From positions 43,264 through 107,263 of the forward strand of contig CALXXW010000025.1 of assembly GCA_944392785.1 (NCBI GenBank): a stretch of DNA of 64,000 nucleotides, given 5' to 3'. Within the stretch, counting starts at the first letter, position 1. Each line of letters opens with the position of its first letter. Below are positions 48,458 to 59,375 of the stretch, in pieces. The translations under genes and the position numbers were made by a program. The notes under the pieces are model-generated. The model was given only the letters and a program-made list of their open reading frames with translations. It was not told where the DNA came from and made no database searches. The stretch comes from an uncultured Alphaproteobacteria bacterium (GTDB lineage Bacteria > Pseudomonadota > Alphaproteobacteria > CAAHEQ01 > UBA3637).

Positions 48458-49105
48458 ATGATACGATATTTTATTTCTCTGTTGATGATAGTATGCCTGA
48501 TAAGTGTTGAAAATGCAAGTGCGGCGTGTCCCAAAGTGTACACCAAAATTTCCGTTAAAATGAAACCGGGGGAGCCGCACTATGTCACGCATTTATCGAA
48601 AGATGAATTTGCTCGTCTTTCTCCTTATCCTGTGTCGCCGAATACGCTGGGTCTTACGATAGCCAAGTTGAATGTGACGGGTCAGGGTGTTCCGCAGTTG
48701 CAACAGCGCGGGCAAACGGCTTGTGTCGGACTAAAAGAAGTGAACTTGACCATGGGATATGATACGCTGGATGTTTATATTGATAAAAAATATCGTAAGG
48801 GAAGCTGCCAGTACAAAGTGATTAAGGATCATGAAAATTATCATGTTTCCGTTTCACAAGAAGCGATGCGTTTTTTTAAGAAAGATGTGGAAGAAACATT
48901 ACGTCAAGCTGTGGATGCCATTCAACCGGCTCAAGCCGATTCCCAAGCAATGGTTGACCTTGTTTTTAAAGAGCAGTTTCAAAGTGTTTTGGACAAAATG
49001 CAACCGTTAATTCAGCATATTAACGCGAAAATTGCAGAGAAAAATTACGCCATCGATACGCCTGAATCCTATCAAGCATCCACGCGTCTTTGCCCATCAT
49101 GGTGA
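48458..49105 (+). CDS. Secreted protein with HExxH motif (DUF922-like putative metallopeptidase)
   Basis: Start trimmed to the signal peptide MIRYFISLLMIVCLISVENASA. Contains KDHENYHVS. Family assignment is tentative. Confidence 0.45.
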   Translation: MIRYFISLLMIVCLISVENASAACPKVYTKISVKMKPGEPHYVTHLSKDEFARLSPYPVSPNTLGLTIAKLNVTGQGVPQLQQRGQTACVGLKEVNLTMGYDTLDVYIDKKYRKGSCQYKVIKDHENYHVSVSQEAMRFFKKDVEETLRQAVDAIQPAQADSQAMVDLVFKEQFQSVLDKMQPLIQHINAKIAEKNYAIDTPESYQASTRLCPSW

Positions 49106-49107
49106 TT

Positions 49108-50079
49108 TTAAAACCAGCGCTGGCGTTTGATAAGCCAAAGTTGCAAAAGAACAATCAGGCCTAAAATAAAGCTGACAAACCAGAAACCATAAGGATTAGC
49201 GCTAAAGGGAATTCCGCCGATATTGGCTCCTAACAGGCCCGTCAGGAAGGTCAACGGAGTAAAAATCATCATAATGATGGACATGATATACATTGTTCGG
49301 CTGATACTTAGGTTTGTTTTGGAGTCCAACTCCTCTTGCGTAAATGTTGAATGTTCTCGTGCCGAATCCAAATCTTCTACGGATTTTGTTAAATCCAAGG
49401 TCATTTCCCGCAATTGGATTTGATGATTTTCGGAAAACAGAGGGGTGTTGGCGGCTCGGAGTGCCTGAAAAGCGTTGCGCTCAGGGGCAACATAGCGGCG
49501 TAATCCTACGGTACTGTGGCGTATTTCGCTTAGTTTTAAACGTAATTCTTTATCATCAGCCGTTGAAACGATAATATCCTCTTCCAACGCATCGGCGGCC
49601 TCTTCGATTTGAGAAACGGCCGTGGCAATATCTTCCGTCATATATTTCGCCATGCTGATGAAACAGTCGACCGGAGTTTTGGGAGCATGTTTCTTTCTCA
49701 GGTCATTGAAGACAGCCTGGATAGGAGACGCCATACGATGAGACAGTGTAATCAAACGCTCTTTTTCCAGCCAGATATGAACAGCAATCATATCATCTAT
49801 ATCTGCCGCGGGGTTTGAATTAACACAACGCACGACCATCATGATGCCGTTTTGATAAACAGAAAGACGCGGGTTTGTGTCCTCATCCAACAAGTTTTCG
49901 ATGATGGCAGCGTTCAAAGAAAGCTTTTGAATCCAAGAGCGATTTTTAGGGTTTTGATAATCTAGATGAATCCATAAAAGAGGATGAGACTTGTCTGCAA
50001 AGGAAACGTTTTTGATATCTAAACGTGTATTCTTGCCGGAAGGATTCAAGCGATAGCAAAATTCCGGTGTGACTTTCAT
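49108..50079 (-). CDS. CorA/ZntB-family divalent metal transporter
   Basis: Two C-terminal TM helices with the loop LTGLLGANIGGIPF (ZntB-like GxN motif). 323 aa. Confidence 0.8.
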   Translation of the reverse strand: MKVTPEFCYRLNPSGKNTRLDIKNVSFADKSHPLLWIHLDYQNPKNRSWIQKLSLNAAIIENLLDEDTNPRLSVYQNGIMMVVRCVNSNPAADIDDMIAVHIWLEKERLITLSHRMASPIQAVFNDLRKKHAPKTPVDCFISMAKYMTEDIATAVSQIEEAADALEEDIIVSTADDKELRLKLSEIRHSTVGLRRYVAPERNAFQALRAANTPLFSENHQIQLREMTLDLTKSVEDLDSAREHSTFTQEELDSKTNLSISRTMYIMSIIMMIFTPLTFLTGLLGANIGGIPFSANPYGFWFVSFILGLIVLLQLWLIKRQRWF

Positions 50080-50106
50080 GTTGCCCTCCTTTATTAAGTC
50101 AGCTCC

Positions 50107-50661
50107 CTATTCAAATAGGACCAAAGGCTCTGTTGCGCCAGCTCTGTTGCTGCGGCAATTACATAAAGGATAGTAGCTTAAAAGAATGCTTAACACCAAA
50201 ACGGCGCCCAGCGGTAAGACAACTTTTTCAAAAGGAAAGTGAGCGTGTCCACCGTTTTTAGCCTTCATCCATTCATAAAAATGCATACTGGCGATAAAGA
50301 GCAGCGCCCCCAACAAAGTTGAAAATAAAAAAGAGTCCATATAGAAAATACCGATAACCACCGGGTCGTAAGTAATTTCTTTAATATAGACAAACCCAAC
50401 CATCGAGACGGATAAAGCCATTAACAGAGCATTTCTTCCCTTAAAATGCCAGTTTTTTTTGTCAAACCAGCGAATGGCCCAATAACCTAAAATAGCTAAA
50501 AAAGCGCCGGCCCAAACGGCGACCACGCAATCATCAACGCCAAATTTTCTGGCTATCGTTAAAGAGGCGCCAATAGCAATTGTACAGACGGGGCAAGCCG
50601 GATTTGCCAACACGTGTGTGGATATGAATAAAACACCTAAAAATGCAACAATACTGAACAT
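50107..50661 (-). CDS. Hypothetical polytopic membrane protein
   Basis: Start trimmed to MFSIVAFLG, which follows an AAGGAGGG RBS. CPVC near the first TM helix. About 5 TM helices. Confidence 0.5.
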   Translation of the reverse strand: MFSIVAFLGVLFISTHVLANPACPVCTIAIGASLTIARKFGVDDCVVAVWAGAFLAILGYWAIRWFDKKNWHFKGRNALLMALSVSMVGFVYIKEITYDPVVIGIFYMDSFLFSTLLGALLFIASMHFYEWMKAKNGGHAHFPFEKVVLPLGAVLVLSILLSYYPLCNCRSNRAGATEPLVLFE

Positions 50662-50775
50662 AAACCCTCCTTGACGATGTTTTTTTTCGTTATAAGAGAT
50701 TTCTGAACAAAAGGCAAGTAAAAAAACGTTATGTGAACAACGGGAGAGCTGAACAGTCATCGATGTGACAAGGCG

Positions 50776-51384
50776 CTATCTCTTTTGACGCTGTTGGGCG
50801 TCAATCCATTTTAAGATGCGATGAACCGAGCTGAGAATGCGATGATGTCTTTCGGGATGAGGCATTTGGCTGACCTCTCTTCTGAGCTCTCCCAAGGCTT
50901 TCTGATTGTTTGTTAAAAGACATTCTGCCACAGATTTCCCAAAGAGAATCAGTTTGTCTCCGGGATGACGGATACGCTTTTCGTAGTCTTGTTTGTATTG
51001 TTGAGCTTTTTTTTGCGCTGCTTGTAATTTTTGTGCTGTCGGCGCTGTGTTGTAAAGTTGCGTCAAGATGTATAGAAAGATGCAGCTATCCTCATACTTT
51101 GAACGATCGGTTTGGCGTATTTTAGCCGAGGCTTTGGGTGGGGCAGAAGGGGGTATTTGGGGGGGGATTGTCCGGACGGGATTCTCATCAGCAGATGCGC
51201 CTTTTTCCTGGGGAAATTGATGTGATTCTTGTTGAGAACACTGTTGTTTATAGCGCGTAATAATCTCGAGGTCACGTTCAAAAGCCGCCAGCGTGACGTC
51301 ATCCATCACATCTTCGGTGGGATAACTGGCCTGGATATCATTCAGCTCACGGATAGCGGCACGCAGTTGTTCATAAGAAATCAT
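50776..51384 (-). CDS. Hypothetical protein
   Basis: 202-aa ORF with helical ends around a Pro-rich centre. No recognised domain. Confidence 0.45.
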   Translation of the reverse strand: MISYEQLRAAIRELNDIQASYPTEDVMDDVTLAAFERDLEIITRYKQQCSQQESHQFPQEKGASADENPVRTIPPQIPPSAPPKASAKIRQTDRSKYEDSCIFLYILTQLYNTAPTAQKLQAAQKKAQQYKQDYEKRIRHPGDKLILFGKSVAECLLTNNQKALGELRREVSQMPHPERHHRILSSVHRILKWIDAQQRQKR

Positions 51385-51760
51385 ATCCCGATTAGCTCCT
51401 CTTCTGTTATTTTAGCATAGAACGCTATTCCGTCAAGCTTTTTAAAAAGAATCGTCAAAAAACAGAGGATTGCAATGACGCAGGATGGGGAAAAGCCTTC
51501 GGATAGGAAATGTGATGAAAAAGAGTCGAGCTTTTAAATGGGAAGGGCGGAAGGCTTGTTTCGTTAGCTGTTGCATAACAGTTGCCGCGAGCAGATGGCT
51601 CGGCGCCAATCAGGACTTTACGTCCAAAAGGCGTCTGGTGTTGAGACAAAGATGTCTCTTGCATCAGCAGGATACATAGCTTATGCTAGAAGGGGACTAG
51701 ATGTTGTGAGGGTATGGAACGAAAGAGGGGGGGTGTTTTAGGAAAAGAAACCTTAATATG

Positions 51761-51781
51761 AATTGAACTAAAAATTCAATT
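51761..51781. promoter_or_regulatory. Inverted repeat upstream of the XRE regulator (candidate operator)
   Basis: AATTGAA-ctaaaaa-TTCAATT, 76 nt upstream of the ATG at 51857. Confidence 0.25.
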
Positions 51782-51856
51782 TCTTTATGGAAAAAGAATC
51801 AAATACGCATTTTTGGTTCATTGAAAAGTTTTAAAATTTTAGAGATAATTCAATCC

Positions 51857-52204
51857 ATGGGAAAAGATATCATCGGAAAAACATCTCTGGACATTCTGGC
51901 TAGTAATGTGCGTCGTTTGCGTAAGGAAAGACATATTACGCAATCTCAGCTGGCTGAAGGTATCGGGAAAACGGTTGAGATGGTGTGTCAACTGGAAAGG
52001 AAAGCTTCCAGCACGAAATTGTCGACTTTGGATGATATTGCGCGGTTCTTTGATTTGGATCCGGCTCAGTTATTGATGGAGCGAGATGCCTTGCGCTTTG
52101 ATGATTTTTCAACTGAGTTAACGGATTTGTTCCTAGAGCTGCAAGATGAATCCCCAGAGAAAATAGCCGCGATTTATAACTTGATTAAAGCGTATCGGAC
52201 CTAA
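51857..52204 (+). CDS. XRE-family HTH transcriptional regulator
   Basis: LRKERHITQSQLAEGIGKTVEMVCQLERK HTH_3 pattern. Start set to the first ATG in the frame. Confidence 0.7.
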   Translation: MGKDIIGKTSLDILASNVRRLRKERHITQSQLAEGIGKTVEMVCQLERKASSTKLSTLDDIARFFDLDPAQLLMERDALRFDDFSTELTDLFLELQDESPEKIAAIYNLIKAYRT

Positions 52205-52227
52205 ATATAATTCGGACCTAAATATAA
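52195..52227. repeat. Exact 16-nt direct repeat with 17-nt period spanning the XRE stop codon
   Basis: TCGGACCTAAATATAA occurs at 52195-52210 and again at 52212-52227. Confidence 0.9.
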
Positions 52228-52404
52228 AGGGATATTTGGCTAAAATAAGCAGAGTTTTCCCGAAATACGCTCCCTGATGTTCTGTATCGTCTTTTATTTG
52301 CTTCGGTTGACATAAAAGGACGCCCTGTTTTTTGAGGTGTTGTCGATGTGTCGTTTTGTCTGAGCGTCAAAGGCTTCGGGGCAAAAGAGCGATATCAAGG
52401 AAGT

Positions 52405-52437
52405 CAAAAACAAGGACACCTTAAATGAGGTGTCCTT
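52405..52437 (-). terminator. Rho-independent terminator of tRNA-Lys
   Basis: AAGGACACCT-6 nt-AGGTGTCCTT (10-bp perfect stem) followed by GTTTTT on the minus strand, 7 nt after the tRNA 3' end. Confidence 0.65.
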
Positions 52438-52444
52438 ATCAATC

Positions 52445-52520
<76 letters not shown>

Positions 52521-52532
52521 CGACGAAGACGA

Positions 52533-52561
52533 TTTATACCCTGTTTTTTTGAAAAAAGCAA
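52533..52561 (-). promoter_or_regulatory. tRNA-Lys promoter candidate
   Basis: Minus strand: TTGCTT, a 17-nt spacer, TATAAA. It ends 12 nt before the mature 5' end. Confidence 0.45.
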
Positions 52562-52881
52562 GATAAAAATGCATGTTCGGGACAAAAAAGTGCGTGGTTC
52601 ACGAAAAAAGCCGTCTATTAAACGCTATTTTTCGTGTCCCTTGTGGATTGTGACAAGATATCTGATCAACCGTTCGGGATATTGAAGGAGCGTTGTGGGA
52701 TTCCTTTTATCAGGGGGCGGTCTTATAAGGCCCGGGTGTGGGTCTATAAAGCTGAAGAAAAAGCTCCGGAGAAAGAAGAGCAAAAGATTTTTTTATAAAG
52801 CTTTTTGCTTGACTTTAGTTTCGGTTGATGGCTAGAGTATTCTATGGGGATTGGTCAATAGATATTGTAAACGGAGGCGCT

Positions 52882-54000
52882 ATGCTTTGTTATCCGGACT
52901 ACTCAAAAAACATTTTGAATGTTGCCACATCATTATTATCTTATTATGGTGTTCCGACGCCTTATCCGACCTTACCACAGCTGGATACGATACTGATGAA
53001 AAAAACATGGCGCCATGTCGTGTTGTTGGTGTTCGATGGTATGGGCGTGGGGCAAATGAATGACCATCTGTCGGAGGAAGCATGTTTTCGCAGACATAAA
53101 ATGATGACTTTGTCATCAACCTTTCCAGCGACAACGGCGGCAGCAATGACAACATTGCGCAGCGGACTGCCGCCGATAGCTCACGGTTGGTTAGGGTGGT
53201 CGCTGTATTTCAAAGAATTCCGTCGAGTCATTGAGGTGTTTTTAAATCGGGACTATTATACACGAGAGCTGCTTGACTTTGTTTCGGTGCAAGACATGAT
53301 GCCCTATGAATCGATTGAAACGCAGATCCAACATGCCACGCAAGGACAAGTATCCGGTCACTGCCTGTCTCCGTTTGGGGAGAATCCATGTCAGCATATT
53401 GATGATTTATTCAATCGTCTCAAGAATTATTGTCGGGAACAGGGACGCCATTTTATCTTTTGTTATTGGACCGAGCCGGATCAGAGCATGCATGATTTAG
53501 GAACAAAAGCCACTCAGGTGGGAACGATTTTGCGTGATTTGGAGGCGCGTTTTATTACCTGTGCCCAAGATGCAGAGGATACTCTTTTTATTGTGACGGC
53601 AGATCATGGTCAAATAGATAAGGGCGAGCAGCTTTGGTTGAATGATTATCCGGATATGGCCGCTTGTGTAGCCGTGCCGTTAAGTTTGGAGTCTCGGGCG
53701 GCATCTGTTTTTCTGAAACCCCATACGCGTTCGACTTTTATAGAAGCTTTTCACGCCAGTCCTCTGGCCGGTGATTTTGTGTTGTTGACACGGGAAGAAG
53801 TCTTGACGCGCAATTTGTTCGGAGAGGGTCCCGTTCGTCCACAGGCTTTGGATTTTATCGGAGATGTTTTGCTGATCAGCACAACGGATAAAGAGTTGCG
53901 TTGGCGTATGCCCGGAGCGACCCATTCGGCCCTCAAAGGTGTTCATGCCGGATTAACTTGTCGTGAAATGCAAGTGCCACTGATTGTGCTGGAAACATAA
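52882..54000 (+). CDS. Alkaline-phosphatase-superfamily protein (nucleotide pyrophosphatase/phosphodiesterase-like)
   Basis: Start set to the ATG after an ACGGAGG RBS. VVLLVFDGMGVGQ, the nucleophile region TFPATTAAAMTTLRSGLPPIAHGW, and TADHGQ. Confidence 0.75.
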   Translation: MLCYPDYSKNILNVATSLLSYYGVPTPYPTLPQLDTILMKKTWRHVVLLVFDGMGVGQMNDHLSEEACFRRHKMMTLSSTFPATTAAAMTTLRSGLPPIAHGWLGWSLYFKEFRRVIEVFLNRDYYTRELLDFVSVQDMMPYESIETQIQHATQGQVSGHCLSPFGENPCQHIDDLFNRLKNYCREQGRHFIFCYWTEPDQSMHDLGTKATQVGTILRDLEARFITCAQDAEDTLFIVTADHGQIDKGEQLWLNDYPDMAACVAVPLSLESRAASVFLKPHTRSTFIEAFHASPLAGDFVLLTREEVLTRNLFGEGPVRPQALDFIGDVLLISTTDKELRWRMPGATHSALKGVHAGLTCREMQVPLIVLET

Positions 54001-54200
54001 AACACCTCTGTTTGTTTGTGGACAATCGTTGAAAAGGGGTTTTTGGGGAACGGGTTAACGTTGTGACAAGAAAAAGTCGCCAAAGGTGCCGATTGAACCT
54101 CTGACTTAAATAAGAGTTTTTTTAAGAAGACCCCAAAAATCCATCTTGATTTTAACAGGGGATAGCTATTTTTCCGTTGAAAAAAAGTTCTAAAAAGTGC

Positions 54201-54229
54201 TTGACTTATTTTGGAAAATATGGTTTAAT
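54201..54229 (+). promoter_or_regulatory. str operon promoter candidate
   Basis: TTGACT, a 17-nt spacer, TTTAAT. This would give a ~175-nt leader before rpsL. Confidence 0.4.
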
Positions 54230-54409
54230 AAAAGGACTTTAAAGTGGCGTCCCTCTTTGCTGTGATAAAAAGGGAAGGGTGGTGTTACGGTAAAGTTCCT
54301 AATAGAATCAATAAGTTATTTGAATGTTAGGATGAGCGCTTTTATCCGCCTGAAAGAGGTCGATAAGGGTAAGTGAAAGATAATAGGTAGAATAAAAGGA
54401 AAGATTTAA

Positions 54410-54781
54410 ATGCCTACAATTAACCAATTGGTCCGTAAATCACGGAAGACACAAAGCAAACGGAATAAGGTTCCTGCTTTGGAAGCATGCCCTCAACGTC
54501 GCGGGGTTTGTACGCGCGTTTACACAACGACACCGAAAAAGCCGAACTCAGCTTTGCGTAAGGTGGCTCGTGTGCGTTTAACAAATGGTTTTGAAGTGAC
54601 AAGTTATATTCCCGGTGAGGGGCATAATTTGCAAGAGCACTCTGTTGTGATGATTCGCGGCGGTCGTGTCAAGGACTTGCCGGGTGTTCGTTATCACATT
54701 ATTCGCGGAACGCTCGATACACAGGGTGTTGAAAAACGTAGACAACGTCGTTCGCTGTACGGCGCTAAACGTCCGAAATAA
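54410..54781 (+). CDS. rpsL: 30S ribosomal protein S12
   Basis: [10 protein letters not shown]...[11 protein letters not shown]. Confidence 0.97.
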   Translation: MPTINQLVRKSRKTQSKRNKVPALEACPQRRGVCTRVYTTTPKKPNSALRKVARVRLTNGFEVTSYIPGEGHNLQEHSVVMIRGGRVKDLPGVRYHIIRGTLDTQGVEKRRQRRSLYGAKRPK

Positions 54782-54803
54782 GCATTGAAGGAGGAAATAT
54801 AAA

Positions 54804-55274
54804 ATGTCACGTAGACATGCTGCAATCAAACGCGAAGTGACGCCGGATGCCAAATATAATGACATCGTTGTCGCCAAATTTATGAACAGTCTGATGTATG
54901 ATGGAAAGAAAAGTACGGCTGAGGCGATTCTTTATGGGGCCATGACGCAATTGGAAGAAAAAGTTAAGAAACCGGCTTTAGAGGTTTTTAAAGAAGCTTT
55001 GAATAATGTCAAGCCGACCTTGGAAGTGCGTTCTCGTCGTGTCGGCGGTGCGACGTATCAGGTGCCGACGGAAGTTCGTCCGGACCGTCAACAGGCGTTG
55101 GCGATTCGTTGGATTATCAGTGCGGCTCGCGGCCGTTCTGAAAAGACGATGGAAGAGCGTCTGTTTAATGAATTGCAAGATGCGTTTAATAATCGTGGAA
55201 CAGCGATTCGTAAACGTGAGGATACACATCGTATGGCTGACGCTAATAAGGCGTTTGCTCATTTTAAATGGTAG
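54804..55274 (+). CDS. rpsG: 30S ribosomal protein S7
   Basis: MSRRHAA...[13 protein letters not shown]...[16 protein letters not shown]-type sequence. Confidence 0.97.
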   Translation: MSRRHAAIKREVTPDAKYNDIVVAKFMNSLMYDGKKSTAEAILYGAMTQLEEKVKKPALEVFKEALNNVKPTLEVRSRRVGGATYQVPTEVRPDRQQALAIRWIISAARGRSEKTMEERLFNELQDAFNNRGTAIRKREDTHRMADANKAFAHFKW

Positions 55275-55283
55275 GGGGATACC

Positions 55284-57362
55284 ATGGCTCGCACAACACC
55301 TATTGAAAAATATAGAAACATTGGTATTATGGCGCATATTGATGCCGGTAAAACGACGACGACAGAGCGTATTTTATACTATACGGGTAAGTCTCATAAA
55401 ATCGGTGAAGTTCATGATGGCGCCGCTACAATGGACTGGATGGAGCAAGAGCAAGAGCGTGGTATTACCATTACCTCGGCTGCGACAACGGCTTTCTGGA
55501 AAGGTCATCGTATTAATGTTATTGACACGCCGGGCCACGTTGACTTTACGGTTGAGGTGGAGCGTTGTTTGCGCGTTTTAGATGGTGCCGTCACGGTTTT
55601 TGACGGTGTGGCCGGTGTTGAACCGCAATCCGAAACCGTCTGGCGTCAAGCAGATAAGTATGGTGTTCCTCGTATTTGCTTTGCGAATAAGATGGACCGT
55701 ATCGGTGCTAATTTCTTGCGCTGCGTTGATATGATTAAGACGCGGTTGGGTGCTCGTCCGATGGTGATGGCTTTACCAATCGGGGCAGAGGCAAATTTCG
55801 TCGGTATTGTTGATATTTTAAAGCGTAAAGCTATTATTTGGCACTCCGAGGATTTGGGTGCGACTTTTGAAGAACAGGAAATTCCCGCCGAATTAAAAGA
55901 ACAAGCCGATAAGTATTATCATGAAATGGTCGAAATGGCCGTTGAAATGGACGATGAGGCGATGGAGGCTTACCTGGAAGGAAAAGAGCCGGATATGGAT
56001 ATGTTGAAAAAATGTATCCGTAAGGGGACGATTTCTCGTTCATTTGTGCCTGTTTTCTGCGGTTCAGCCTTTAAAAACAAAGGTGTCCAGACATTGTTGG
56101 ATGCTGTTGTTGATTATTTACCGTCACCGGTGGATATTCCGCAAGCTCATGGTGTTTTGGCCGGGACGGATACAGAGTATGTTTGCGCTTCGGAAGACAG
56201 TAAACCGTTTGCCGGATTGGCATTTAAGATTATGAACGATCCTTTTGTCGGTTCATTAACTTTTGTGCGCATTTATCAAGGAACACTGACCGGTGGAACA
56301 TATGTCAACAATACGGTCAAGGATAAAAAAGAGCGTATTGGTCGTATGCTGTTGATGCATGCCAATCACCGTGAAGAGATTAAAGAAGCTCACGCCGGTG
56401 ATATCGTGGCCTTGGTTGGTTTGAAAGATACAACAACGGGTGATACACTTTGTGGGGATAACCTGAAAGTTGTTTTGGAGAAAATGGACTTCCCTGATCC
56501 GGTTATTGAAATCGCGGTTGAGCCAAAAACAAAGGCTGATATCGAAAAAATGGGATTGGCTTTGAATCGGTTGGCTATGGAGGATCCTTCATTCCGTGTT
56601 GCGTCTAACACAGAAACGGGACAAACGATTATTAAGGGAATGGGAGAACTTCACTTGGAAATCATCGTTGATCGTTTAAAACGTGAATTCAAGGTGGAAG
56701 CAAACGTTGGTGCTCCTCAAGTGGCCTATCGTGAAACTATTTCCAAAGTGTATGATGAAGACTATACACACAAGAAACAATCAGGTGGTTCGGGTCAATT
56801 TGCGCGTGTGCGTATTAAATTTGAACCCTTGCCTCCGGGATCGGGATTTGTTTTCGAAAATACAGTTGTTGGCGGGTCTGTTCCTAAGGAATATATCCCG
56901 GGTGTTGAAAAGGGGCTTCGTGCTTCTTTGGAAAGCGGCGTTTTGGCCGGTTTCCCTTGCACGGATTTTAAAGCCAACTTGTATGATGGGGCATATCATG
57001 ATGTTGACTCGTCGACTATGGCCTTTGAGATTGCAGCACGTGCGGCTTTCCGCGAGGGTATGGCTAAGGCCGGTCCAAAATTGTTGGAGCCTATCATGAA
57101 AGTCGAAATCGTCACGCCAGAAGATTATATGGGAGATATTATCGGTGACTTGAATTCACGTCGTGGTCAGGTGTTGGGGATGGATCAACGAGGTAATGCT
57201 CGCGTGATAGATGCTCATGTTCCTCTGGCCAATATGTTCGGATATGTGAATACACTTCGTTCAATGAGTCAGGGACGTGCTCAATACTCCATGGTATTTG
57301 ACCATTATGCGGATGTTCCTCAGATGGTTGCAGATGAAATCAAAGCAAAAGTAGCTGGTTAA
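55284..57362 (+). CDS. fusA: Elongation factor G
   Basis: [29 protein letters not shown], 692 aa. Confidence 0.97.
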   Translation: MARTTPIEKYRNIGIMAHIDAGKTTTTERILYYTGKSHKIGEVHDGAATMDWMEQEQERGITITSAATTAFWKGHRINVIDTPGHVDFTVEVERCLRVLDGAVTVFDGVAGVEPQSETVWRQADKYGVPRICFANKMDRIGANFLRCVDMIKTRLGARPMVMALPIGAEANFVGIVDILKRKAIIWHSEDLGATFEEQEIPAELKEQADKYYHEMVEMAVEMDDEAMEAYLEGKEPDMDMLKKCIRKGTISRSFVPVFCGSAFKNKGVQTLLDAVVDYLPSPVDIPQAHGVLAGTDTEYVCASEDSKPFAGLAFKIMNDPFVGSLTFVRIYQGTLTGGTYVNNTVKDKKERIGRMLLMHANHREEIKEAHAGDIVALVGLKDTTTGDTLCGDNLKVVLEKMDFPDPVIEIAVEPKTKADIEKMGLALNRLAMEDPSFRVASNTETGQTIIKGMGELHLEIIVDRLKREFKVEANVGAPQVAYRETISKVYDEDYTHKKQSGGSGQFARVRIKFEPLPPGSGFVFENTVVGGSVPKEYIPGVEKGLRASLESGVLAGFPCTDFKANLYDGAYHDVDSSTMAFEIAARAAFREGMAKAGPKLLEPIMKVEIVTPEDYMGDIIGDLNSRRGQVLGMDQRGNARVIDAHVPLANMFGYVNTLRSMSQGRAQYSMVFDHYADVPQMVADEIKAKVAG

Positions 57363-57376
57363 GAAAGGCAAATGAT

Positions 57377-57688
57377 ATGTTAGAAAACCAAAACATTAGA
57401 ATTCGATTAAAAGCATTCGACCACAGGTTGTTGGATCAATCAACCCGTGAGATCGTCAATACGGCCAAAAGGACAGGGGCTGAAGTCGTTGGACCTATTC
57501 CTCTGCCGACGCGTATTGAAAAATTTACCGTGAACCGTTCCGTGCACGTCGATAAGAAAGCACGTGAACAGTTTGAAATCAGAACCCACAAGCGGGTGCT
57601 CGACATTATTGATCCGACACCTCAAACGGTTGATGCTCTGATGAAATTGGACCTCGCCGCTGGTGTAGATGTTGAGATTAAAGTATAA
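57377..57688 (+). CDS. rpsJ: 30S ribosomal protein S10
   Basis: [16 protein letters not shown]. It starts 14 nt after the fusA stop. Confidence 0.97.
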   Translation: MLENQNIRIRLKAFDHRLLDQSTREIVNTAKRTGAEVVGPIPLPTRIEKFTVNRSVHVDKKAREQFEIRTHKRVLDIIDPTPQTVDALMKLDLAAGVDVEIKV

Positions 57689-57700
57689 GGAAAGAAAGAC

Positions 57701-58432
57701 ATGCGTTCAGGTGTAATCGCAGAAAAAGTCGGTATGATGAGTCTGTTCCAAGATAACGGTACTCAAGTACCTGTGACTGTTCTAAAAGTAGACAGCACAG
57801 TGGTTGATGTTCGGACAAAGGAACGTGACGGCTATACCGCTGTCCAGCTGGGATCCGGCAAAGCAAAAACAAAAAATGTTGCCAAGCCGCAGCTCGGGCA
57901 TTTTGCTAAGGCAAAAGTCGAACCGAAAAAGACATTGATTGAATTTCGTGTCACAGAAGATTGTGTCATTCCTGTCGGGTCGGAATTGAGTGCTTCGCAC
58001 TTTGTTGTCGGCCAAAAGGTTGATGTCAGCGGTGTCTCGATTGGTAAGGGCTATGCCGGTGTTATGAAAAAATATCATTTTGGTGGTGACTGTGCATCTC
58101 ACGGTGTTTCCAGAACACATCGTTCCGGTGGTTCGACGGGGCAACGTGAATGGCCGGGTAAAGTTTTCAAGAATTTGAAAATGCCGGGACAAATGGGAAA
58201 TTACCAAACAACAGTTCAAAATTTGGAAGTCGTTGCCATTGATGAGGCCAGAAATTTGGTCATGGTCAAAGGAAGCGTTCCCGGTTTTGATTCCGCCATT
58301 GTCACAATTACAGATGCGGTAAAGGTTTCAAAGCAAGTCGGATTACCGATGCCGGCCGGTTTAAAGGCTCAGGCAGAAGTAGCGACTGAAGTTGTTGAAA
58401 CACCTGCCGAGTCAACAGAAGTGAAGGAATAG
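57701..58432 (+). CDS. rplC: 50S ribosomal protein L3
   Basis: [16 protein letters not shown]...VTVLKV; S10 operon order. Confidence 0.95.
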   Translation: MRSGVIAEKVGMMSLFQDNGTQVPVTVLKVDSTVVDVRTKERDGYTAVQLGSGKAKTKNVAKPQLGHFAKAKVEPKKTLIEFRVTEDCVIPVGSELSASHFVVGQKVDVSGVSIGKGYAGVMKKYHFGGDCASHGVSRTHRSGGSTGQREWPGKVFKNLKMPGQMGNYQTTVQNLEVVAIDEARNLVMVKGSVPGFDSAIVTITDAVKVSKQVGLPMPAGLKAQAEVATEVVETPAESTEVKE

Positions 58433-58438
58433 TCAGTC

Positions 58439-59059
58439 ATGAAATTTGATATTGTCAATTTAGATGCGAAAACAGTCGGCTCGATTGAGTTGGCCGATAG
58501 CGTTTTCGGTGTTGATGTCCGCAAAGACATTTTGGCTCGAGTGATTCAATGGCAGCTTGATAAACGCCGTCAAGGGACACATAAGACCAAAGATGTTGGA
58601 GAGGTAAGTGGCTCCGGTACTAAACCGTTCAAACAAAAAGGAACGGGACGTGCTCGTCAGGGATATAAACGCGCTCCGCAAATGTATCATGGCGGTGTTG
58701 TTTTTGGACCGGTTGTGCGTTCTCATGCCTATGGGTTGACGAAAAAATTACGCGCGTTAGCGATGCGTGTGGCGTTGTCCATGAAGGCGAAGGATGGTAA
58801 GCTGTTTATCTTGGATGATATGACAGTGGCTAAACCGAACACAAAAGCTATGCAACAATCGTTCACCAACAATGGTTGGAACTCCGTTTTGTTTGTTGGG
58901 GGTGAAACGGTTGATGAAAATTTTGCTCTGTCCGCCCGTAATATCGTCAATGTTGACGTATTGCCGGCTCAAGGGGCAAATGTCTATGATATCGTTCGTC
59001 GCGACGTTTTGGTTTTATCCAAGGACGCCGTCGCGCAACTGGAAGGTCGTTTGAAATGA
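58439..59059 (+). CDS. rplD: 50S ribosomal protein L4
   Basis: [19 protein letters not shown] motif. Confidence 0.95.
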   Translation: MKFDIVNLDAKTVGSIELADSVFGVDVRKDILARVIQWQLDKRRQGTHKTKDVGEVSGSGTKPFKQKGTGRARQGYKRAPQMYHGGVVFGPVVRSHAYGLTKKLRALAMRVALSMKAKDGKLFILDDMTVAKPNTKAMQQSFTNNGWNSVLFVGGETVDENFALSARNIVNVDVLPAQGANVYDIVRRDVLVLSKDAVAQLEGRLK

Positions 59060-59373
59060 TAAAGAAAATAAAGCAAGCAGAGATAACGCCTGCGGCATTT
59101 GATGTTATTCGCCGGCCGGTTATCACAGAAAAAGCAATGAAAGGTATCGAGCACAATCAGGTCGTGTTTGTTGTTGATCTGAAGGCAACGAAGCCTCAGA
59201 TTAAACAAGCCGTTGAGTCCGTGTTCGGTGTAAAAGTAACTGCGGTGAACACACTGCGTCAGGCCGGTAAGACAAAAATGTTCCGCGGTCGTCCGGGTGT
59301 TCGTTCCGAAACAAAGAAAGCCATCGTTACTTTGGCAGAAGGTCAAAGTATTGATGTGACAGCGGGGATTTAA
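59056..59373 (+). CDS. rplW: 50S ribosomal protein L23
   Basis: [12 protein letters not shown]...[17 protein letters not shown]. Confidence 0.95.
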   Translation: MIKKIKQAEITPAAFDVIRRPVITEKAMKGIEHNQVVFVVDLKATKPQIKQAVESVFGVKVTAVNTLRQAGKTKMFRGRPGVRSETKKAIVTLAEGQSIDVTAGI

Positions 59374-59375
59374 CC

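Noticed and set aside
51455-51679. ORFs 51455-51664 (-) and 51485-51679 (+)
   Set aside because: They are mutually antisense, have no RBS and have an odd composition. I treated the region as non-coding (see the finding on this region).
54978-55581. ORFs 55006-55581 (+) and 54978-55337 (-) overlapping rpsG and fusA
   Set aside because: These are alternate-frame or antisense shadows of highly conserved ribosomal and EF-G genes. Their composition is Arg-rich and low-complexity.
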